This document shows, piece by piece, positions 20,599 through 33,186 of a DNA stretch of 64,000 bases. Source of the DNA: Microbotryum violaceum. Its lineage: Eukaryota. Below the pieces are notes generated by a model. That model saw only the letters and a program-made list of their open reading frames with translations, made no database searches and was not told the DNA's origin. The translations under genes and the position numbers were made by a program. The stretch is taken from NCBI GenBank assembly GCA_001244265.2, contig LN717261.1, positions 1,503,591-1,567,590 on the forward strand. Reading direction: 5' to 3'. Within the stretch, counting starts at the first letter, position 1. Each line of letters opens with the position of its first letter.

Positions 20599-23500
20599 TG
20601 TAAGGCCGCCCCCCTTGAGATCAGGCCTTCGACCCCGCGGCCGACTTCAAGACTGACACTGGCGCACGGATCCTCGGCCTCCCTCAATAGGGACGCCTTT
20701 CCCCATTCCTCTCTTTCTCTCTTTCCCCTCTCTTGGGTAGTTTTACATCTAGCTGAAACCCAGTAAAGACGTTTAACAAGTAATCTCTATTGCCTATTAC
20801 CTTCTTGACTTCGATCTACAACCGTCCTTGCGACCTTCTGTAAGGCAACCCTTACATCTTTTTACTTGTTACACCAGTCGAACACCAACTTTGCTGGAGG
20901 ACTTGTACATCGACCTTGACAAAGTCAGTGTCAGGGGACTACTTGTAGCCCTTGTATCTGAAGGCCCAAAAGGGACAGAGCGAGCTTAGCCTCGAGTGAA
21001 CTGCGAAGGGGCTTTGCACCTTCCAGATTCGGATCACAAAGAACAAAGGACCGTGCAGGGATCTCCTCTCAGCACAACACAACAGATCAAACGACGACAA
21101 GTTACTTCGCTGGTCGAAGTATCGTGTAGTTGAGTAGTTGGACGTAATCAACCCAGCTGTAATCAATTACAATGTCGTCAGACTCTTCTAATATCCAGCT
21201 TGCCGGAACGAAGAGAGCCCGTGGGGGACACTCACTTGCGCAACTTGAGGCTCTCAGAAAGTATCGGATTCAAAGACGCCAGGACAGGCAGACGTTGCAG
21301 CGATGACAGGCAGTCATTTGCTAGATAACGAAAACGAAGACAAGGATGGCCCGGATGCGACGCCATCCAAATCACTGGGTGAACATCCTTCTGGAATAGG
21401 AGGCACCGGTGGTGACCATTCGACGGAGGGGCACTCCACGGATGGAAAGGAGTTGAGGCAAATGACATTGCAAAAGCTTGTGGAGAAAGTGAATGAATTC
21501 ACAGAACTACGCCGCAAAGCCCAAGAGAATTTGGACCTTGCAATGGCCGGTATTGAGGGACTCTCAACTACCGTGTCCACACCTTGGGGTTTGTACGAGT
21601 GGACCGTCATGCCCATGGGCCTCTGCAATGCCCCTGCCACCCACCAACAACGTGTCAACAAGGCACTCCAAGGCTTGCTTGGCACCATTTCTTCGTCTAC
21701 CTCGACGACATCACCATCTTTGCGGACACACTGGAGGAGCACAAGGCCCGTGTTCGCCAAGTCATGGAAGCGCTGCGCTGTGCCGAACTCTACTGCTCTC
21801 CAACCAAAACCAACCTTGCCACCGCGGAGTGCTCGTTCCTTGGCCACATCATCAACTGTGCCGGTGTGCATGCTGATCCCAAGAAGATCCAGCGCATTGA
21901 AGACTGGGCCCTACCCAAGATGGCCAAGGAACTCAGGGGTTTCCTCGGGCTGGTGCAGTATCTTCGCAAGTTCATCCCTGGCCTCGCTGAGCACGCCGCC
22001 GCGCTGACTCCCTTGACACACCAAGGACTCTCATCTATTGCCACGCTCTGGACACCCAACGAGGTCCGCCACTTCAAAGCCATCAAGGCCATCGTCACCT
22101 CACTCGAATGCCTTCGGCCGCCCGGCCACTCCGCCGACGCCGCTCCGTTCTGGGTGATGACTGATGCAAGCAATCACGGAATTGGGGGTGTCCTCCTCCA
22201 GGGTCAGGAGTGGAAGATGGCGCCCCATTGCGTACTGGTCCAGGCAATACATACCCGCTGAACGCAACTACCCCACTCACCAGCAGGAACTCCTTGCCAT
22301 TGTCGAAGCACTCAAGGAATGGCGCATCGACTTGCTTGGCGGTCACTTCCACATCCCCACTGATCACTCCACACTCGAGCACTTCCAGACCCAGCGCACC
22401 GTTCTCTCTCGCCGACAAGCCCGTTGGCTGGACACCCTGGCCGAATTTGATTACGACCTTCGGTACCTGCCCGGCGAGGACAACATCGTAGCCGACACCA
22501 TGAGTCGATACTCCTTCACCGATCCACTGCCCACCCTAGTGGCCTCTGTCTCCCATGTCAAGCTTTCGGATGCTGTCAAGCAGCATATCCTCGACGCGTA
22601 CGAGACCGACTCATTCTGCCAGCAAGCCATGGCTAACATTGGCTCGGTCACATCGGACTTCAAGATTGTTGATGCATTGCTGTATTTACGGGGCCGGCTT
22701 ATCATTCCATCACTAGCCCCGCTCCGTGAGTCCATCCTTCATGATGCTCATGATGCGCAGGGGCACCTAGGTGATATGAAAACGTACCGGACCGTTCAGC
22801 AGGCATAATTCTGGCCAAACATGTCCCAGGACGTCAAGCACTACGTCCAACAATGTGATTCTTGTCAACGGACGAAGGCTCGTACCACTCGCATCGCTGG
22901 CAAACTCCACTCGCTACCTGTCCCGGCACGACCCATGGCCGACATTGCCATCAATTTTGTTGGACCGCTGCCCGCCAACAAAGGCTTCGACCGTATGTTA
23001 ATAATCACCGACCGCCTGTCGGGGTACGTCCGTTTGCTCCCTGCACGCGAAGCTGACACTGCAGCGGAGGTCGCTGCGCGCTTCCATGAAGGATGGCACC
23101 GCCTCTTTGGCCTCCCTCAAAGCATTGTCTTGGACCGGGACAAGCTGTTTACAAGCAAGTTATGGACTGCCCTACACAAGCGCCTGAACGTCAAGCTCCA
23201 GCTCTCTTCGGTGTTTCACCCGGAGACGGACGGTTGCAGCAAGAAAACGAACAAGGCTGCCTTCCAGATTCTTCGAGCGCTCGTCAACAAGAAGCAATCC
23301 AACTGGGCGGAGTGCCTTGCTGTCTGCGAGTATGCCATCAACTCGTCTCTCAATGTCGCTACCGGGAAAACCCTCTTCGAGCTCGTGCTTGGCTACACGC
23401 CCTCCCTTGCCCCACTTGCCCGTGTCAACGGTGATGACAACTTGCCATCCGTTGAGGAGTTGCTTGCCCTTCGATTCCAAGCCTGCGAAGACGCCTGGGA

Positions 23501-24277
23501 CCAGCTTGCCATTTCCAAGGTTCGGCAGGCAGCACAGTCCAACAAGAGGCGTCGGGATGAACCCTCTTGGGCTGTTGGGGATCTTGTACTTCTCAACTCG
23601 AGTGATTGCCGAAAGCGGCTCCACACCCACAAGCGCCGCGCAGCCAAGCTCATGGACCACTTTGACGGTCCCTATCGCATCGTCAAGGCCCAACCGGAAA
23701 TCTCGTCCTACACCCTGCAGCTGAACGGGGACGATGCAGCGGTACCATTTTTTCACACGGACAAGCTCAAGACCTACTGCAAGAACGACACAGCCCTGTT
23801 CCCCAACCGTGAACCTGTGCGACTGGGCCCAGTGGATGTAGGTGGCGAGCCAGAATACATCATTGAAGACATTGTCGACGAGAGGATCCGTGCTGGCAAG
23901 CAGCAGTACCTCGTCTCGTGGGTCTCGTGGCCGTCAGACAGCGATTCATGGGAGCCTGCCGAGGCACTGGAGGATACGGAGGCATTGGATAGGTGGGAGC
24001 GTCGGAACGAGGAGTAGGATTTTCGACCGGAGGGGAGAGTGTAAGGCGCACGCCTTACTACGGGCCACAGGCACTAGAAATAGAGATTGCGCGCACCTAG
24101 CTTCTTCAGTTCCCTCCTCATCGGGCTGACACCAGAAGCTAGGTGAGTACTGGTGTTCCATATCTCAGCACTCTCATAGATGATTGGGGTGACACCAGAA
24201 GCTAGTTGCAATCCATATAACTTGCACCTGTCAGCTTAGGTCGCCAGTGAGGCTCGAGAGCAATCTCGTGCCTTTCA
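20599..24277 (+). mobile_element. Chimeric Ty3/gypsy chromovirus with non-matching LTRs
   Basis: 5' LTR 20599-20856 (TGTAAGGCC..CCTTACA). A gag-like start at 21303 runs into [21 protein letters not shown] at ~21577, followed by RNase H, integrase and chromodomain YIIEDIVDER..YLVSWVSWPSDSDSWEP. Polypurine tract GGAGGGGAGAG, then an unrelated 3' LTR 24040-24277. No shared TSD. Confidence 0.85.
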
Positions 24278-24501
24278 CCAATCGCTGAAACGGCATTTGA
24301 GGAGCTCCGCGCGTCCATCCAGGAGTCCAAGGGACGACTGGTTTCGCTGTAATCACCTAAGGGTTTTTTGAGTGGGTATGGTTGATTTTGTTCCAAGGTC
24401 AACGAGTCCTACACTACTGGCCTAGCCAGTGTGCTTAACTGCATTCCCTCCGTCTTTTCCGAGGATTTTTAGGCATTAATATAGATATGCTGTTAGTGAA
24501 A

Positions 24502-24616
24502 TCCTTAAAACTATATAATAAAAAACGTTGTCGAGACAAAGAACATTCTAGAACGAGACAAACCACGTAGACAAACCATGTGGCGTGACATCATGGTTCG
24601 CGCGCCACCGCACTAG
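24502..24616 (+). mobile_element. Mini-Helitron (115 bp) in the LINE 3' UTR
   Basis: A|TCCTTAAAACTATATAATAAAAAA..GTGGCGTG..CGCGCCACCGCACTAG|T. Removing it restores the LINE tail GCTGTTAGTGAAATCTATTAGAT. No TSD. Confidence 0.8.
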
Positions 24617-24741
24617 TCTATTAGATATAAAAAATAAAAAAAAGCCGTAGGGATACCTTAAGGGTGCCATGATTTTCACATGCACATGTGTAAGCCCCTC
24701 CTCTGTGGAGGGGCTTAGTTGAGCCTAGTTCCGAAGAGACT

Positions 24742-25480
24742 TCATTCATGATCCTTGTCAGCGGCCTCTTTCGCCTGCGCGTGGACCGGATTCTTGTTGT
24801 TGTCAGTGACTGTTGAATGCCAAGTAACCAAACCCGTCAGCCGGTATGAAAGGTTTAGTGGGGAATTGTGAAAGGCACAAGGTCACTCTTGAGCCTCACT
24901 GGCGACCTAAGCTGACAGGTGCAAGTTATATGGATTGCAACTAGCTTCTGGTGTCAGCCCCATGAGGAGGGAACTGAAGAAGCTAGGTGCGCGCAATCTC
25001 TATTTCTAGTGCCTGTGGCCCGTAGTAAGGCGCGCGCCTTACAAATTGCGGGATTGAATTCATCCTCGTGACCATCAGTGCTCCCACAAGTCAATATTCA
25101 GCTTGGCGTTCATTGCCAAACGCTTGACAGGGGAGGCAATGACCCGCCTAGGACTGCGAACTGTCGGCGGGGGCGTGGTCTGGCGTGTCATCTGCCACAC
25201 ATCAGACAGGGAAACTACACCAGGCCCATGCAATATGCACAAAACGTTTGCCGGAGTCACCTTCACCCAGGGTGCCCACTCCCCGGCGTGGGATATCCAT
25301 CCTTGTGCAAGTTGCCTAGGGTGCTCATTGACAGTCATGGGGAGTTGCGTGGGATATCCTTTGGCGTACTTGCGACCGGTAAAAAGCCTCTCCCGGACCT
25401 CCGCATAAAATCAACTGTAATCGGACAGGTCGAGAATGTTCTCCGTGTCCAAATGGGAACAGGCGGAACCACGCCGGCCT
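24742..25480 (-). pseudogene. Orphan degenerate ORF of unknown origin, interrupted by a solo LTR
   Basis: One frame reads through (..DLSDYS*FYAEVRERLFTGRKYAKGYPTQLPM..GEWAPWVKVTP..NIDLWEH*WSRG*IQSRN|SPLNLSYRL..KDHE*) with only TGA stops. An 11-bp-stem hairpin lies just downstream (24691-24717). Confidence 0.45.
24869..25043 (-). mobile_element. Solo LTR (175 bp), same family as 24040-24277
   Basis: Reverse complement of the 24040 LTR without its internal duplication. TSD AATTG. Confidence 0.92.
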
Positions 25481-25481
25481 C

Positions 25482-25785
25482 CAGCACCCCCTCATCAACA
25501 AAATGGCCAAACGCGCGTAAGCGCGCGAAACCTTGTAAAGCAGTCGTTAAGCGGCCTAAAGCTGCTCTTAAGCGCCCTTAACCATTCATTAAGCCGCGCG
25601 CGCGTTAAGTGTCGCTTAAGTGTACCCTAGATAAGGGACTCTTACGGCGCGCTTTGTTTGCATACGCAAAGCGGTCCGTAAGCGCTCTTATGCGCATCTT
25701 ATGCACCGTTAAGCGCTGTTAAGCGCGCGTAATCTCGGGCGAATCCTTAAGCGGGTTCGCGCGCATGGCCATTTTGCTGGTGCTG
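25482..25785. mobile_element. MITE-like element with TTAAGCGC internal repeats
   Basis: Inverted ends CAGCACC..CAAAATGGCCA..GCGCG / CGCGC..TGGCCATTTTGCTGGTGCTG and many (T)TAAGCG(C) motifs. No clear TSD. Confidence 0.6.
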
Positions 25786-26472
25786 TGACTCAATCTTCCT
25801 ACTAGTAATGACTGCACACACCCGTGTCAGCCCAATCAACAGACACTGAAGCACACAAAGGCAAACATATACAATACTACTTACATCCTGGGTGTGATCA
25901 ACTGGTGTTGGATGGAGACCACCCGCGGCTTTGCCGTTCCGTTAGTAGGTTGGGCATGTTGAATGCAATTGCTGGCCCGGGCCAGACCGGTGAGGGTGAG
26001 AAAGGGGAAGGAGTCAGGTCTCTGTCTTTCTTTGCAATGGACTCAACTTACATTAACTGTTTCCCAATTTCCATGCCGTTGCTCCATGTTCAGAAAAAGA
26101 AGGATCGCAACTTGGACATGCCCTGAGTCGCAACGTTGCCTCGGACTCGGATGTCACGAGCAAGTGCTTGGTCTTTTCGGCTTTCGCTGCAAGGATTTGA
26201 GGCGCCGATTCAGGCTCGCGCGCACGGACCCTCTCTCCCCTGTGGATGCTATAGCTGTGCTTCCCACATACGCAGGGTCACGGGCGGTACTCGCAACGCA
26301 CGTTCCCTTTCGGGCCTTCACTGCATTGTCGACGTTTCCTTACCAGCTTCTGCGGCTGCGTTCACCACCTGTAGGGACAGGTGCGTTCCTCACTCCCAAG
26401 ACTACCTCCCAGCTGACGAGGTTGCTGATCGAAAGTTCCATCTTGCCGGACGTTCGGGCCCGTACCCATGTC

Positions 26473-26596
26473 GGGGGGTGGGGGGGAGGAGAGGAAAAGA
26501 AAAAGGAAAAAAAAAAGAAGAGGAGAGGGAAGAGAAAGAACTTGGAGAAAGAAGAAGAGGGAGGGGGAGGTGAAAAAGGAGAAAGAGAGGAAGTGG
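26473..26596. repeat. Subterminal polypurine (G/A) tract of the Zisupton-like left end; longer copy at ~35566-35772
   Basis: Almost pure purine run directly inside both copies of the left terminus, differing in length between copies. Confidence 0.8.
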
Positions 26597-27238
26597 TACG
26601 GAACAAGATTTTGACAACATACTTCATATTACGCAGGTATTATACCGCTACGAAGTTGTGACACTTCTTTTGATGCCAAGCTCGGCCATTCATCTCAGCC
26701 CTTGTCAGTCCTCTACAGAATTTGTGATTGTGGGTCGTTCGGATCCATCTTGTCTGTGCTTCCCGCAGTCCAAGCACGCCCCATCACACTCAGTCAGCAA
26801 TCCGTCATCGCTTAGTTTTGACCCCTTGCGTCGACAAGTAATTTGCCGCTTTTGTGGTACCCGCGCGCATCAAAGCGCTGCTCCTGCCCAAGTCCGCGCT
26901 CAAACCAGCGTCGCTCAAGGCAGTTGCAACAAAGGGGCGGATGGATGACGTTGGAGGATCCGAGAAATCGACTTCTACCTCTGTAAGCCTCCCCAAGACA
27001 GGCGGTTTGCCACCAAGTAATGGCTTAGCCGCTAGCATGCTAACATCACGACCGCGGGAGGGGTCGGTAAGCAAAGCTTGAATCACTCTGACGTTGTTCC
27101 CACCCATGTTCATTGTGGCTTGAGCATTTGCCAGCAACAACCATCTCGGTGCCCATGTATTGATGTGCTCTGGCATCTGTGTGCGGATTGCGCTTCAGCT
27201 CAACATCACCATTCAGTGTGACACAGACTTGACATACT

Positions 27239-30200
27239 TTACCCTAACTAGTAAAAAAAAAGTGTGAGTTAAGGAATGTACCTAAAATCGCTGTTTTTAA
27301 CTAGGTTGCGGCCCTCCGGGCCGCCTGTGGTGGATGTACCAGCATACTGTTGTGTCTGCCGCACCTGCCTGTGGTGTCTATGTTCCGATCAGAAGTCATG
27401 TACAAGCACTGTGGTGACTTTTGTATTTTCCGCGCCGTTCCAACGAAGCTACCGCGCTCCCAGTATTTTCTTTCGTTTTTCAGTTGACGTCAAACAATGC
27501 TTACACTTATATTGCATTTAATGGACGGCAAGCGCGTGGCTTTGCATGACGTTGCTTCTACAGCACAGCTCCGCCTGGCGCCTGGCGGCTGACGCGCGGG
27601 GCGAGGGCTAACATTTGTCACGTGATGCGGCGCGCCCGCCGTGTCATTGCCCGTCCGGCAGTCGACCACCGGCTTTAGGGGCTAAACAACAAAACAAACC
27701 ACGTAAATAATCCTGTGCCATTCCCTCGAACCTTCCTTTCTCCCTCCCACTCTCATCCAATTTTAGTGACACTCATTCAAGAACAAACCTTCGCTACTGT
27801 GTAATGCCCCGGTCCCAAGGTCGCCAGGGAGGGCCATCGCAACCTCGCCAAGTCTTGGGCGCGAGGGTAGCGCCGTACCATGGGCCTGCTCGAGCGCCCG
27901 CTGCTGGGCGCCCCGCGGCTCGACCCTCCTCTTCGTCCCGCACCGATCAACAGAATCAGCCCCCCGCGCGTCATGACAACAATGCAACCGATCTTGGCAT
28001 TGCGACACGTATACGAGCCCGCCGTGTAGCTGTGCAGAACGGACAGCGTGGTCAGCGCGATGGCCAACTCGACGCTGGGCTCGCCCCACCACCACCTCCT
28101 CCGCAAAGGCGAGTGCGCCGGGCTCGAATCGCGCTCAAACCCCTCAAGCCCACGTTTCGATCCGCGACGACCTCGGCCCCCAGACGGCCGTGTGCACCCA
28201 CTTCAAGGCTCGGCACTGGGAGTGCGAAAGGTCGAAGTCGACCAGACACTTCAGCGCGTGCTGCTCGCAGGGCAAGGTGCGGCTACCTCCCCCTCCCCAG
28301 CCCAATCTCGAGTATTGGCAGCTTCTTGAAGGCTCGGACAGCGGTCAGTTGCTCCGTCCAACAACATCTCTCTGCAATATGGCCCACATGCTGAACTGTG
28401 CGATGCACCTACATAGACGCTAAAGCATTTCGCGAGGATGCCCGGTCTTACAATAACGCACTGTCCTTTACTTCGCTCGCTGCCCACTGCTGGGACCAAA
28501 CTCAAGTGGACACTCTAGGACCTCCCGTGTTTCGCGTGTTCGGTCGCCTCTATCATCGACTCGGTGCCCTGATCCTTGCCGTGAATCAACGCCCAGCCTT
28601 TGCCCAAACATCGCTGATCGACCCGGCCGAGGCCACCAACACACGACTTCAAGGACCCGACAGCGCAGAGACTCGCATACAAAGATCAACGCTGACCAAG
28701 CTCGAGTCCATGTTGCGTACCAAGAATCACTTTGTGAGGGAGTTCGCATCGGCCAAACCTCGCGCAGGTTGGGATACGGCCAAAGAGTGGATCCTGCGCC
28801 TCTGCCTCCCCCCAGGCCGGGACCGACGCACCCACAACCCTCCTACATCGAGCACGGAAATGGCGATGCTTATCTGCGATTCCGACACCAACACGGGAGA
28901 TCGTGGACCGCAAGACCGTATTCTCCAGGTGCACAGTGATCAATGTCCCGATGGTTGGCCCAAGTACCAAATCCTTAGCTCGCTCCATCCGTCCGCGATG
29001 CCTCTCCGTTACCCACTACTTTTTCCTGCAGGGGAAGATGGCTTCCACCCCAACATTCCTCTTTGCGGGGTTCCACCAAGCCAGGCCGCCAATCGCCAGA
29101 AACCGAGAGCAGATCGACAATGGTGTCCAATTGCGCGAGCTACTTGACGGCCTTGGTCCAGATGAAGAAGACAAAGAGGAGGACGATGAGGATGAAGGCG
29201 ACAAGGAAGACAAAGAGAATGGTGATGGTGAACGTAAGCTAAGCGTCTTGGCTCATTCTCATATACCTCTCTGTTGAGACGCACCCTCAGACTGACCTAA
29301 ATTGTTCGAAAATCTAGGACGAAGGTCAAACAAGAGGGGTCGAGGTGGATCAACCCGAGTTTCGCGTTCCCAATACTTTGCATATCACTTGCACGAACGC
29401 AACGACTACTTCTCCATTCCGCATGCCACCCAGCGTCTCTTCCTCGAGTTCGTGATTGACGGATACTCCCAAGTCGAGACCGATTGACTCAACTACATCC
29501 GGTTGCATCAAGAAAGTCTGCGCTTCACCACGGCCCAAGGCATCACCGACGCTGTTGCCAACGGCCTGACCCCGGATCAAATTGGACGTTCGGTGATTTT
29601 GGGCTCAATGTTCAAGAATAGCCCGCGCGAGATCATGCAGTGCTCCCAAGATGCGATGGCTTGCGTCGTCAAATATGGAAAGCCTTCGCTGTTCATCACG
29701 GTGACGTGCAACCCCAAATGGCCGGAAATCAAGGCTGCACTGGGGCCGAACGACAAAGCATGCAACCGTCCGGATCTCATTGCACGAGTGTTTGAAGCCA
29801 AGCTGAACCGACTCTGCGACGACATTTTTGGCAACAAGCAATGTGCAGGCTGTTTTGGCGTGGTTCTGATGCATACACATGTGATTGAGTATCAGAAGCG
29901 GGGCCTGCCACATGCCCATATCCTCATCACCCTCGCGCCGGACGATCATCCTTTGTCGACAGAAGCGATTGACAAGATGATCTCGGCTGAGATACGGGAT
30001 CCTTCGCGCTATCCTGATCTCCACGAGACCGTCACAAAGCACATGCTGCATGGCAAGTGTGGCGGAAACTCGACTCAGCCCTGCATGGAGAAGGATAAGT
30101 ACGGTAATCCGAGGTGCAAGCGCCATTTTCCTCGCAAACAGAACCCCCACACCCGCATGCACCCTGAAGGCTACCCGTTGTATCGCCGACGCTTTCGCCA

Positions 30201-33084
30201 CGCCATTGTCAAGGGGGGTGTTATCTATAACGATGGTGACTGCGTGCCGTACTTGCCTTATCTCTGCGCCAAGTACAATGCGCATATCAATGTGGAGGCT
30301 GTGACAACAATTGGCGCGATCAAGTACCTCTTCAAGTATGTGTACAAAGGTCCGGATCGAGCTGTGGTGCGTGTTGAGCGTGCAGCGAACGGTGAAGGGG
30401 CTCGCGAGGACGAACCGGTTCGAGATGAGATCAACGAGTTCGTTGAAGGTCGCTACATCAGTGCTCCAGAAGCTGTCCACCGCCTATTCGGATTCTCGGT
30501 TGGTAGAGTGTAGCCACCCGTCAATCAACTACCGGTCCATCTGGAGAATCAACAATCTGTGCAGATCAATCCCAATGAACCGCTGCCCCTCGACACTCCG
30601 CCCACTCGCTCCAAACTGACCGGCTTCTTCAACCTGTGCGCTGCAGCTCCCGACGGCGAGCTCACTACCGCGTTGCTCTACACGAATGTGCCGCGCTACT
30701 ACTCCTGGAATAAGGAGAAGTTGCGCTGGAAACGCCGAGTCCATGATTGCAATGTCATTGGACAAATCTACACCGTCCCACTGCGTAGTGGGGAGCGCTT
30801 TTACCTCAGACTGCTCCTCGAGGTCGTCATGGGCCCAACATTGTTTGCGGACCTGCTCATGTTCGAAGATGTTGTGTATCCTTCCTATCGCGCCGCTTGC
30901 GCCGCTCGCGGACTTCTCGCCGACAATGGCGAGCATCACATCTGTGTCAGGGAAGCTGCACAGATTGAAACCGGTGACCAACTACGCCGATTATTTGTGT
31001 TCATGCTCATCCATGCGACGGTTGCCAACCCACCAGCTTTGCTGGATCGTCACTTTGCTTCTCTTAGCAACGATGCCCGTTATCACATCAAACGCTATGA
31101 AGACGTGCCCGTCAACGATCAAACCATCTGCCTGTGGACCCTCAACAAGATTGGTCTCCTCCTTGCGGCAAATGATCAAACTTTGGCCTTCTTTGATCTT
31201 CCCAAGCTGACCGAGGACAAAGTGTGGCTGTTTGATCGTCTCGAGGAATGGCTTCCCTGTTTTGATCGCCAGCAATGCGCGCAAAATGCCAAAGCGGCGC
31301 ATGCCCGTCTGAACCACGACCAATGAATTGCATTTGACGAGTGTCTTTGTGCGGTCGAGCTCAATGTCGTTGATCAGATGCGTGACAACAACCTTGGGCC
31401 GCAGCATGTGTTTTTCCTGCTAGCACCTGGGGGTACTGGCAAGACTTTTGTGGAAAATGCCCTTCTTGATACTGTGCAAGCTCAAGGCAACCAAGCGATT
31501 ACGGTGGCGTCGTCCGGAGTAGCGGCCTTGCTTCTCAAGGGAGGACACACGGCGCATTCAACTTTTTGAATCCCACTCGACACCTTGCCAACCTCGACGT
31601 GTCCAGTCGACAGGGAGAGTGATCTCGCGCTGATGCTGCGTACCACCAAGCTCATCATTTGGGATGAAGCCCCAATGGCGCATCAATTCCCGGTGGAAGC
31701 TGTCGACCGTTTACTGCGTGATCTCCGAGAGACCAAGGAGCACTTCGGCAGGGTGACAATGGTCTTTGCGGGTCAGTTGGGCTCTTCCGCCTCCGCTCTG
31801 AACAGCGGCATGCTAACAAGGTTTCCAATTTGTAGGGGACTTTTGCCAGTGCCTTCCTGTTGTTCCCAAAGGAACTCCCGGTCAAATTGTCAATGCATCC
31901 CTCATCAAGGCAGACTTCTGGCGCGACGTTTGTGTCTTGCGACTTACCGAGAACATGCGTCTCAGCTCGAACGCTGATGCAATAGACAAGGCTCAATTGG
32001 CTCGAACGCGCGACTTTGCGGAATGGCTACTCACCGTGGGAGATGGAACTGCCAACATGCACCCATACAACAAGATTGCAGTAAGTTTGGCTCCCCTCTT
32101 TTACCCAACCAACCGACACTAAGACCCCTTCTATCCGTTTCGCAGCTGCCTGATTACCTGCTGCTTCCGGACGGTCAAAGAACGGCCAAAGGGTTGATCA
32201 ACTTTGTCTACCCCGATTTAAGGACCGTGAACAAGGAGTCCCTTGAAGACCTGATTCAGCTGTTCTCACGTCAGGCAATCCTAGCTCCGCATAATGCAAC
32301 GGTCGATCACATCAATGCCAAGCTGCTGGAAGAGTTCAATGGCGACTACATCGAGTATCGCAGCGCAGACGAGGTCGTTGAGGCAGGCAAAACTGGGGGT
32401 GGAATGGCGCCGGAACTGATTTCGCCAGAGTATCTACATTCAACCAACCCATCCAACTTCCCTGCGCATCACTTGCGTCTCAAGGAAGGGATTCCCATCA
32501 TTCTTCTTCGCAATTTGGACCCAGACGCGGGCCTCTGCAACGGTACCGCCTGATCGTGTCGCACGCAAGATCGAGAGTCATTCAAGCCATCATCTTGACC
32601 GGAGATCGAGCGGGCACCACGGTCTTCATCCCTCGCGTGCGACTTGAGACAAATGCGACTGGCAGTCGCCAACTTGGTTTCACTATGCGCCGGCTCCAAT
32701 TCCCGCTTCGCGTTGCCTTGGCCATGACGATCAACAAAGACCAAGGTCAATCACTTGATCTTGTTGGCATCGATCTCTCCCTACATCCCGTATTCACTCA
32801 TGGGCAGCTGTATGTGGCATTGTCTCGAGCCATGAGTGTTGATTGAATCAAGGTGCTACTGCCCTCTCGCAACCCCGCCAATGATGACGACGGCCTACAA
32901 GCCGTTGATCGAGCGGCAGCCGCAGCCACCGCAACCCCAAACCCAGTATTCCGCTCTGTTCTCAGAGTAATGAATGGGGAATAGTTTTGAAGCTGTCCTT
33001 TGTATTGTGTGTTTTACCTTCAACTGAGATCATGTTTCTGCTATTTAATTTTCATCCTCCATTAATTTAACAGGTTCCCACTGG
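27239..33084 (+). mobile_element. Full-length Helitron (degenerate) inserted in the Zisupton-like left arm
   Basis: Splits host CATACT|TTGTAAAA, which is uninterrupted at ~36447-36460. Starts TTACCCTAACTAGTAAAAAAAAAGTG; ends with a decayed hairpin plus CTGG|T. Confidence 0.9.
27804..32984 (+). pseudogene. Helitron RepHel (HUH Rep + PIF1 helicase), with introns and several stops
   Basis: Zinc finger CTHFKARHWECE..FSACCSQGKVRLP; Rep motifs LFITVTCNPKWPEI, HVIEYQKRGLPHAHIL, IKYLFKYVYKGPD; helicase motifs [53 protein letters not shown]. Confidence 0.95.
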
Positions 33085-33186
33085 TTGTAAAAAATGTCTA
33101 GTCCGTTGGCATACTTGTTCCAAGGCTAGGTAATCTCGAATATCCGAAGATTTTGAGGAGCTCCCAGTCGTACCTTGCTTGAGAGA

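Larger units (their letters stand above)
19107..24643 (+). mobile_element. L1-like LINE remnant, interrupted and internally deleted
   Basis: ORF1 part GFFSNVEGLRLFDEQI..HCAFCRS, ORF2 start MSTTKIPNVSFVAANVQSINEDRKR (APE) up to 20598, then C-terminus PIAETAFEELRASIQESKGRLVSL* from 24278, 3' UTR and A-rich tail. Homologous to 51299-56225. Confidence 0.85.

Noticed and set aside
24742-25480. Fanzor/TnpB C-terminus (MNAKLNI resembles DxNAAxNI)
   Set aside because: No catalytic Asp, CxxC zinc finger or other RuvC motifs visible.
25963-26661. Lys/Glu-rich ORFs (also 35457-35807)
   Set aside because: Translations of the polypurine tracts.
29605-30480. Long antisense ORFs over TE genes (also 18284-18997, 8986-9612, 52643-53263)
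   Set aside because: Shadow frames of GC-rich coding sequence, with no motifs.
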